Source: a virus (lineage: Duplodnaviria > Caudoviricetes). From it: a DNA stretch of 54,420 nt. Made by a program: the position numbers and the translations under genes. The stretch spans positions 1-54,420 of the IMG/VR virus record IMGVR_UViG_3300025671_000008; one strand, written 5' to 3'. Shown here piece after piece: positions 47,351 through 54,420 of the stretch (position 1 is its first letter; the number at the start of each line of letters is the position of its first letter). The notes under the pieces are model-generated. The model was not told the origin of the DNA. It saw nothing but the letters and a program-made list of their open reading frames with translations, and did no database searches.

Positions 47351-50300
47351 TTAAAACCCTTCTGTCGCACTGTAGTTGTCGAAGACAGATGGGGTTGCTC
47401 TAGACTTCTCAGCGGTAGATCGATCGAGTTCGCCAGGCATAGTTCCACCGGCACGCTCCAATATCGGTCGGTACTGCTGCCTTATCTGAGGGTTGAGTCG
47501 TTCATACATTCGCTCGCGAAGTGGGACTTCTCGAACTTGGATAGCTCGGTCGATCTGCTGTTGAGTTACGGTCAGAGGCATTCCAAACTTTCGTTCGAAG
47601 TTCTGAGCCACAGCATTCGCCCGCTGAGTGTTGTTGTTCAAGAGAGCATTGATGTAATCAGCTTTGATTCCATTGAACTGCTCACGGTTGCTGACCATGA
47701 ACTTGTGCAGTTCCTGGTTCTGCTTGTTCATGTACGGCCCAAGACCCACAGAAGACAGGATTCGTTTGACGGCAGGTTCGTACTGAATGACCGTTCCGTC
47801 TGCTCGATAGGTGGGGACATCACCGTTCTCATTCATCTGATTAAAATCAGTGAACTCTCGTTGCAGTCCTCCAATGATCCCCTTCTGGTCCCCCATCTGA
47901 GGAGCCAGATTCAAGGCTCGCTGGAGGGCAATGCCACCAGGCAGCACCCGAGGCACCACAGCACCAATCAAGGACTGATCCTCCGCCAGCAGGGCCTGAG
48001 TCCCATCCATGGCCAAATCGATGATGGGGGGGATAGGCATCTTGTAGCCCAAGCTCGCCCGGTCAGAGGTGAACATCGGGCCAACAATCGTTGACTCCCA
48101 CATGGTCTGGGCTCCGAGGCCCTTGCTGAAGTCCATCCCGAGAGCATTCTTCCCGATCTCGTAGATGGCAGCACTGAACCCCAGAGTCCGAGCCATGTCG
48201 TGAAACATGGAGGAGTATTTACCCTGCGTCTCAAAGCCCGTCAGGCCCCATGTACGGCGTCCCTGATTGATCATGGGCGCCGTGTCCGTCCAGGACGTGA
48301 GCGTCCTCAGAGGGAACGTGAGGAACTGTCGGGCCCAAGGGAGAGACAAGAACCCCTGCTGGAACATGGCAGGGCTATTGACAATGTCAGAGCCAAACTG
48401 GGTGTTCTGAACCATGGACTTGATCGAGTCCGTGGAGCGGAAGATATCGTCCTTCTTGCCCTGCATGGCGTAATCAGTCAAACCGTTCTTGACGGTCTTC
48501 CTCATCCCCCCCACTTTCCCTGCTGCCTGAGTGGCCGCAAAGGCTGCCTCTCCAGTAGCCACCCGGTTGAAGATCTCGGTGTGCTGGAACAGCTTGAGCG
48601 GCAATTCCGTCAGGGCATATTTCAGAGGTCTGGGGTTCTTGTCGGCGATTGTCGAAAAGGCCACCTGGTCAAGCAGCTCGTAGGAGCTGGCCCGGATGTT
48701 GAGCAGATCCTCTCCGTCCACATTGGACAGGCGGAAATGCTTGCGGCGAAGCTCGTCGATGTCGTCGGCGTTGCCCCGGATGCCCAGCTTGATCCTGTCG
48801 TCGATGTAACTGAAGTACTGCTTGAATGCCTGGCCGTACCCCTTGGCCATGTTGCCGGCACCCATCCAGGTCTGGGCAAAGAGCAATGGCTGAAACAAAT
48901 TCAAGACTGCCGAAGCAGGGTTGAATCCCAGGTGAGAGGAGTAAAGAGCGGTAGCAGCACCACGACCAAACTCACTTCCATCAAACTCGGTCAAGTCTCT
49001 CTTGGCAAACGACTTCAAAGAGCCGAGGAACTGACTGCTCTGTGAGTTCTCCCCCCCCACTTTAGCCATGAACTTGCTGTTGGCCAGGCCGCCTGCAATG
49101 TGCTGGGCACCCAGCATCGCGTGGTAGCCCATGAGATCATTGATCTTCATCTCACCACGGATACGAGGAATCAGTACCCCTTGAATGTAACTGCTGGTTG
49201 CCTTGTCCCCAGCAAGATCCAAGTCTCGTACCAATGTCTGGTACACGTCGTACCTCGAGTTGCCCCCCAACATCTTTCGAGCAGCCACTTCTCGCCGAGC
49301 ATCTCGAGCTTTCTGTACAGGGAAGTCCCGAAGGGCCAGACGCACATCACCGGGGAGAGCGTCGGCATAGAACGCCACATCATTTCGGGTCTGCTTGAGG
49401 TACTTGTTAATGGAGTAATCAAAGTCGAGGTTGGATACCTGGACAATGCCATCTTCAGGACTGCGTCGGAATGCTTCTTGAAGCAGCTTTCGATTCTGCC
49501 CCACGAAGTTCTCGAGATTGGAGTTCGCTACACCTGCCTTGGCATAAAGCTCACCAATGATCTCGAGATCTTCCGGGTCATAGATGCCGTCCGAGACACT
49601 TCGATTACGGATCCGGCCCGAAGCAAAGTTGACCTTGCGACGGGAGTCTTGGACTCGATCTACCCTGACCTTGTCGCCATTCTCAAGGACATTCGACCAG
49701 ACATTGCGAGGCATGTAGTTGTCAAGGTCATCCAGAGATCGCTGATCCCGAACCAATTGCTTGAACTCAGAAATATCCAGAGATCCGTTACGCAATTTCT
49801 TGACGACCTCTTCAGCAATCTCGTTGTTCATGTGGCCGAAGTATTCAGATGCCAGGAATGGAACATCCTCAGCCCTTGCCACCTGCACACTCTTCTTGAG
49901 ACTGCCGTACAACCTCAGGATCTTGTCGTCATCAAACCCCCCTGACCTGTTCAAGAACAAGTCACCGTAACGCTTCTTCATGACTGCTCGAGTCATGCCC
50001 ATGTACGGAGCAAACCCCTCCTGCTCAAGCCACTTGGACATAAGATCGTCAGGGTCTAGGTTAGGTCGGACTCGTTGCTCAATCTCGTTCGTGATTCGAT
50101 CTGCTCGAGACACTCGGACAGGCACATCATCGCCCACGATAGGACGGACCTGATTCAAGAACTCTGCTTCTGGAATCTTGCCCTCGTCCAAATCACGCAG
50201 AGCAGCATTCACCGCACCTGCTTGCTCTCGGTTGACAGGCAACTTCTTCCCTGACTCCGTGACCACGTTGTGGGCCATGCCCATGTTGGCCTGCTTGCGG

Positions 50301-50977
50301 ACCACCTGCTTGTTCATCCCGTCCAACACGGCGTGCATGTAGACCTGGGATCTCTTGAGATAGGTAGGCAACGAAATGTACTCGCCGTTGATGTTGGCAA
50401 ATACTTCCGGTGCCCGCTCAGGACGAAGACTTTGGAGAGGCGTCTTCAACCTAAATCGTTCAGAGATACGTGATTGAAGAGAGGCCAGAGTAGAGCGGAT
50501 AGGGATCTGCTCTTCTTCTACCAGGTCACTGATCCTCTTGGTGGTGGAGTTCAACACCGTAGGCAGTGCAGTACCCTGCCCCATTTGATGGGCATTAAGC
50601 AGGCCAAGGCTCTTGAGAACAGACTTGTTCCCAATGACATACTCACCGTATTTCGAGCCCGTGAAGATACGACCTGTAGCCGACAAAGCCTTACCCGCTG
50701 CTGGCGACGTGACAAACGTCAGCCAGACAAACGGGTTTGACGCAAGGTCGATGACCGTGTTTGCCAATGCAGAACCACCGTACTCCTGCTTCAATCGTTC
50801 GACAAAGGAATCCCTCTCCCTTGGGCTCAAAGCAGAGGGATCAAGCATTGTCTGCTTGAACGATTTCCAGGTCAGTTCATCATCGAGGAACTGAGTGAAA
50901 GCGACAGTGGGCCTGTCATAGATGGCAACAGGATCAAAGCCGTCTAGGCCGTCTTCCTGCGGATCGTAATCCATCAA
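47351..50977 (-). CDS. Large internal virion / DNA ejection protein
   Basis: 1208 aa, LGFNPASAVLNLFQ motif, hydrophobic C-terminal helices, last late gene. Confidence 0.6.
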   Translation of the reverse strand: MMDYDPQEDGLDGFDPVAIYDRPTVAFTQFLDDELTWKSFKQTMLDPSALSPRERDSFVERLKQEYGGSALANTVIDLASNPFVWLTFVTSPAAGKALSATGRIFTGSKYGEYVIGNKSVLKSLGLLNAHQMGQGTALPTVLNSTTKRISDLVEEEQIPIRSTLASLQSRISERFRLKTPLQSLRPERAPEVFANINGEYISLPTYLKRSQVYMHAVLDGMNKQVVRKQANMGMAHNVVTESGKKLPVNREQAGAVNAALRDLDEGKIPEAEFLNQVRPIVGDDVPVRVSRADRITNEIEQRVRPNLDPDDLMSKWLEQEGFAPYMGMTRAVMKKRYGDLFLNRSGGFDDDKILRLYGSLKKSVQVARAEDVPFLASEYFGHMNNEIAEEVVKKLRNGSLDISEFKQLVRDQRSLDDLDNYMPRNVWSNVLENGDKVRVDRVQDSRRKVNFASGRIRNRSVSDGIYDPEDLEIIGELYAKAGVANSNLENFVGQNRKLLQEAFRRSPEDGIVQVSNLDFDYSINKYLKQTRNDVAFYADALPGDVRLALRDFPVQKARDARREVAARKMLGGNSRYDVYQTLVRDLDLAGDKATSSYIQGVLIPRIRGEMKINDLMGYHAMLGAQHIAGGLANSKFMAKVGGENSQSSQFLGSLKSFAKRDLTEFDGSEFGRGAATALYSSHLGFNPASAVLNLFQPLLFAQTWMGAGNMAKGYGQAFKQYFSYIDDRIKLGIRGNADDIDELRRKHFRLSNVDGEDLLNIRASSYELLDQVAFSTIADKNPRPLKYALTELPLKLFQHTEIFNRVATGEAAFAATQAAGKVGGMRKTVKNGLTDYAMQGKKDDIFRSTDSIKSMVQNTQFGSDIVNSPAMFQQGFLSLPWARQFLTFPLRTLTSWTDTAPMINQGRRTWGLTGFETQGKYSSMFHDMARTLGFSAAIYEIGKNALGMDFSKGLGAQTMWESTIVGPMFTSDRASLGYKMPIPPIIDLAMDGTQALLAEDQSLIGAVVPRVLPGGIALQRALNLAPQMGDQKGIIGGLQREFTDFNQMNENGDVPTYRADGTVIQYEPAVKRILSSVGLGPYMNKQNQELHKFMVSNREQFNGIKADYINALLNNNTQRANAVAQNFERKFGMPLTVTQQQIDRAIQVREVPLRERMYERLNPQIRQQYRPILERAGGTMPGELDRSTAEKSRATPSVFDNYSATEGF

Positions 50978-51339
50978 CCAATCCGGGTGCGGATCCGAAG
51001 CTGAATGACCACGCCATCAACCGCAACGGTATTGAAATCAGCCGTGACACTGTCTCCAGCAGCAATGACGTTGTTGGTCTTGTCAATGGTTGCAGCAGCG
51101 AAGCTCGCACCAAGAGTCAGTGCCGTGTTCACCGCAGCAGTTCCCGAAGCAGTCGTCTTCAGGGTCAGGCTTGGAGTGCCTGCATCAGCCTTGGCGTGAA
51201 CCGCTTCAATGACGGTGTCTCGTTCCGCATAGAAGATGGGCTTGTCATCCAGCGGGTTGTCAATATTGTTCAGCTGAATAACCACGATCTGATGGAAGTC
51301 CGGAAGTTCCGAAGCCTCGATAGGGATTGCGCCTGCCAT
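50974..51339 (-). CDS. Small beta-sandwich virion protein (decoration-like)
   Basis: 121 aa, Ala/Thr/Val-rich, AGGA RBS. Confidence 0.5.
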   Translation of the reverse strand: MAGAIPIEASELPDFHQIVVIQLNNIDNPLDDKPIFYAERDTVIEAVHAKADAGTPSLTLKTTASGTAAVNTALTLGASFAAATIDKTNNVIAAGDSVTADFNTVAVDGVVIQLRIRTRIG

Positions 51340-51349
51340 TGTTTAATTC

Positions 51350-51781
51350 CTAGAAAAGGGGAGAAGGATCTTGTCCACCCAAGGATCCCATGTTCATGGC
51401 AAGTTCCTGCAAGAGATCTTGCCGTTGCATTCCACCCAGAACCACGGCCCCCTCTGGGAGCCTGCGGCCTGCCATGGCACTCATGTAAAGGTGAGGAGCC
51501 TTCATCTGCAATGCCGCTAGATTCTGCTCGTACTGCCGACGAAGCCGATCCTTCTTCAACCGCGATGCAAAAAGCCTGCTGCGTTTCTCTTGCTCTTCTT
51601 TGAACAAAGCCTCTGGATCTTGACTGGGATCCCTCAATCCCAGATCCTCAGCAGCAGCCATTCCCAATGGGATACCCGCTATCTCTGCCCCGTAGAAAGC
51701 GGTCAAAGGATTGATCGGCTTTGACAGAGAGGTGCCTGTATTACGCAGTAGGCCCTTAATCAGCGACAATCGGCTCATCAA
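51350..51781 (-). CDS. Putative ejection/internal protein
   Basis: 143 aa, position in late operon. Confidence 0.5.
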   Translation of the reverse strand: MMSRLSLIKGLLRNTGTSLSKPINPLTAFYGAEIAGIPLGMAAAEDLGLRDPSQDPEALFKEEQEKRSRLFASRLKKDRLRRQYEQNLAALQMKAPHLYMSAMAGRRLPEGAVVLGGMQRQDLLQELAMNMGSLGGQDPSPLF

Positions 51782-52998
51782 TAAATCCCCTGCCGAGCCA
51801 TCAGTTCGGCATATCCAGGTCTGTTGTTAGATGCGATCCGCTGGAGTTCTTGTTCACGACCTTGGATCAACTGCTGCAACTCACTCGAAAGACGATCTCG
51901 ATTTGCACCAGCATTCAGATTCGATGGACGAGCCATATCTGCTACTGCACCAAAGTGACCCGTGCTGTCTCGAGATAAAGCCTTCTGTTGAATACCCGCT
52001 TGAAGAGCCAGCATCATTTCTCGATTCTTGTTGGCGTCTTCCTTAGCTCGCCTTGAGCCCCGTGTAGCCAAGTCATACGCCATGAGCCCGTAACCAATCG
52101 GACCCAGCATTCGGAGTAGTGTCCCCCCCATTCCCATAGGGGCAGCCGCCTTTGCAGCCTTAGCCGCTTTAGATGCCTTGCCTGCTTTTGACGCACCCTT
52201 TTTTGCAGGATCCTTTTTGTCTGCTTGCCTTCGAAGCAACTCAGCTTCTTTAGCCTTAGCTTCATCCTGTTGCTTCTTAAGTGCCTCCGCTCTTACCTCA
52301 GCCTTCGTCGGAACACGACCTGTTGCTAGACCAGGAGAAAGAAACAGGCTTGCCTTTGACACAAGGCGTGTCGCAGGATTTTTAGACTTAGCGTCTCTAC
52401 GATACTTCTTGTTCCGTTCTCTTGCTGCTTTCTGTTCAGGGTCAGGTTCATTTGCTGCTCTTTCAGCAGCATCCGCTTTCTCTTGCTCATTTATGCGTCG
52501 GACTTCCTCCGACCTAACGTCCCTCTCAGCATCAGGAATTTCACCTGCTTCCCTGCGAACCGCATCTCCTGCTTGTTCACTTGTCAATTCGACATCAAGA
52601 TCTGACGGGCCTTCGGTGCCACGAGACTGAGTGCCCCGAGCAAGAGATCTACCACTGCGTTCGGATCTTTCTTGAAGGCTTTCGGTAAACTTTGTCCTTC
52701 TACCTACATCATTGATTCGATCGCGGAACTCACGGTTAGTAACTGGCCGTGCAGATACGACCTCAACGTCGGTATCTGAATCAGGATTAAATGCCTTTGA
52801 AATCTTGCTGGCACCCTTAGTGTCCTGCTGCTCTTGATAAACGTCCTTGAGGTGGTTTTCAAGACCTTCCGCATCCTTTGAGTTACGGAAGTCGTCAAAG
52901 GTATCACGATCAACAAAGATCGATGTCTTCAAATCTCCGACTTGCAGATCTACTTCAACAAGCTCTTCCTGGTCAAGCAGTTCTTCAAAGGTTGCCAT
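51778..52998 (-). CDS. Charged putative internal virion protein
   Basis: 406 aa, KAA repeats then hydrophobic MLGPIGYGLMAYD. Confidence 0.55.
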   Translation of the reverse strand: MATFEELLDQEELVEVDLQVGDLKTSIFVDRDTFDDFRNSKDAEGLENHLKDVYQEQQDTKGASKISKAFNPDSDTDVEVVSARPVTNREFRDRINDVGRRTKFTESLQERSERSGRSLARGTQSRGTEGPSDLDVELTSEQAGDAVRREAGEIPDAERDVRSEEVRRINEQEKADAAERAANEPDPEQKAARERNKKYRRDAKSKNPATRLVSKASLFLSPGLATGRVPTKAEVRAEALKKQQDEAKAKEAELLRRQADKKDPAKKGASKAGKASKAAKAAKAAAPMGMGGTLLRMLGPIGYGLMAYDLATRGSRRAKEDANKNREMMLALQAGIQQKALSRDSTGHFGAVADMARPSNLNAGANRDRLSSELQQLIQGREQELQRIASNNRPGYAELMARQGIY

Positions 52999-53311
52999 GG
53001 GCCTCTTCCAATCTTTCAGCAGCTTCTTGATGCGTCAACGCACCCAATCGAATAGTGGTTTCTTCCCCCCCACGTTCCACTTGCAGTACCGCCCGGTCAC
53101 GAGTCACGGCCCGATCCTTACGGTTGTCCCACAAGAACCGACGCACAGCACGAGCAGAGAACTCAGTGGGGGGGACAGAAGCAGACAGCCCAGGCAACGG
53201 CACCACCACCGCACCGTCCGGGGCTGAGTCAAAGTCAAAGCCGGGATCACTCAGCAACACGCTGTCGTGGTCCATTGCCTTGGCTGAAATTTGCTTCCAA
53301 TCACGAGTCAT
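52985..53311 (-). CDS. Hypothetical protein
   Basis: 108 aa, GAGGAG RBS. Confidence 0.6.
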   Translation of the reverse strand: MTRDWKQISAKAMDHDSVLLSDPGFDFDSAPDGAVVVPLPGLSASVPPTEFSARAVRRFLWDNRKDRAVTRDRAVLQVERGGEETTIRLGALTHQEAAERLEEAHGNL

Positions 53312-54293
53312 TAAACAGCTCCTCGTAATCGATCAGCCCTGCTTCTAGACCCTCAAGACTTGCAGCTCTTTCCGCATCGGCTTGAAGTCTCCTTATCCTC
53401 ATTTCAGCGTCAGCCTTTTCGTCAACACGTTCGAGGTCGCGAAGTTCCAAGTCCCGCCCACGAGTAATCAGCTCTTCAAGCACGCCAACTTCATAAGGAG
53501 CAGCTTGGTCATCGTCATAACGTGCCAATACACCCGACGGCAAATCTCCTAGTGCCCGAACTGTTGGCATTGTCAAGAGAGTGTCTCGGTCACTAATTCT
53601 CTCCGCGATGCTTCTAAGCCTTGCAGAAGTCATACCTCGCAGCCTTCGACCCATTGCTTCAAGGTTGCTTGACGCATCAATCAAACTCTGTGGAACTGCA
53701 CTTTGGGTTTGAAAGTTCTCATCAGAAGGATCCATCGATCCTCGTGCGTTGTAAGCAGAACTCCTGATTACGTTTGCTTGTTCGAACATGTAAGACCCAA
53801 AAGTCTCAGGGTCAATTTCCAACTCCTTCAACTCAGCTATCAAGTTGGTGTCTTCGCCGCGTCCATAAAGGATGTCTGTCACCAATCCTTCTAGACGAAC
53901 TCTTTTCTCCTTGGCAAGTATGTCTCGTTCCTGGCCTGGAATAGTCTTTCCTTCTGTAATTCCAATGAACGAACCAGCAATGAATTGACTCATTGCTTCT
54001 TTCCCAACAGAAGTCTCCGCTGCGGCATCTGCTTGAAGCCCTTCTTCAACTCCCTGGTATGGGATATCAAGAGCGTCTAGAACTGCGTTGAATCCCCTGT
54101 CTGCAAAAAATACAAGACTGACACCCGCAGAAGTTAATGCAGCAGCAGCATCATCACCCTTAGCAAGATTGAGAGAACTCATGATCGCGTTTCTTGTAGC
54201 TTCTTCTGTATTTTTATACAAGAAGTTAAAGCGTGTGGCCAAAGCATCTCGAACAACAAAAGGCAAATTGCCTGCGTCCTCTTTCGCTCGGTC
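53301..54293 (-). CDS. 3' part of the junction-spanning ~508 aa protein (starts at 534)
   Basis: Frame continuous across the 127-bp overlap. Confidence 0.75.
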   Translation of the reverse strand, partial: DRAKEDAGNLPFVVRDALATRFNFLYKNTEEATRNAIMSSLNLAKGDDAAAALTSAGVSLVFFADRGFNAVLDALDIPYQGVEEGLQADAAAETSVGKEAMSQFIAGSFIGITEGKTIPGQERDILAKEKRVRLEGLVTDILYGRGEDTNLIAELKELEIDPETFGSYMFEQANVIRSSAYNARGSMDPSDENFQTQSAVPQSLIDASSNLEAMGRRLRGMTSARLRSIAERISDRDTLLTMPTVRALGDLPSGVLARYDDDQAAPYEVGVLEELITRGRDLELRDLERVDEKADAEMRIRRLQADAERAASLEGLEAGLIDYEELFNDS

Positions 54294-54420
54294 AGTGATT
54301 TCATCTTGATCGTTTGCTCGTTCAATCATTCGATCTGCTATGAATCCTGCTCGATCAACCGCATCTGTTTCATCTGTGACTAGACCTGTTTTTGCCTTGA
54401 TATGGCTAACTGCGATCTCG
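54294..54420. repeat. Terminal direct repeat (copy 2)
   Basis: Identical to 1-127. Confidence 0.95.

Noticed and set aside
1230-53174. G/C runs as phase-variation tracts or sequencing errors
   Set aside because: Frames are intact, run length is nearly fixed at 7 with a constant AC flank, and they lie in essential genes.
54294-54420. Biological terminal repeat
   Set aside because: Falls mid-gene and has a typical assembler k-mer length; most likely a circularisation overlap.
1-54420. Alternative genetic code
   Set aside because: Standard code gives dense, coupled, full-length genes ending in TGA, TAA and TAG.

Overview
Apparently complete, circularly assembled temperate tailed-phage genome: 54,293 bp unique, with bases 1-127 repeated at 54294-54420 and one ORF reading through the junction. 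The minus strand (25297->1 and 54293->47351) holds a podovirus-like virion module: TerL, portal, scaffold, major capsid, small basic proteins, a sigma-70-like factor, tail adaptor/nozzle, collagen and LamG fibres, a dockerin-bearing protein, Cys-rich tail proteins and putative ejection proteins. The plus strand (25337-47099) holds an SF3 helicase with a GGTACC-repeat putative origin, small early genes, UDG, family A DNA polymerase, ERCC4 nuclease, a metallophosphoesterase, membrane/lysis genes, a PD-(D/E)xK nuclease/Sak4-like ATPase/SSB set and a DUF932-like protein. A minus-strand tyrosine integrase sits next to the 5' half of a tRNA-Ser(GCT), a likely attP. A Planctomycetota (possibly Phycisphaerales) host is inferred, not shown. 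The most unusual signals are (1) the 9-mer CCCCCCCAC/GTGGGGGGG, found about 32 times by eye versus roughly 1 expected, mostly inside genes, strand-biased and absent from probable recent acquisitions, and (2) a gene-like 95-codon ORF nested out of frame inside the DNA polymerase, coinciding with an insertion in that protein. All family calls come from motif recognition by eye; no searches were run.
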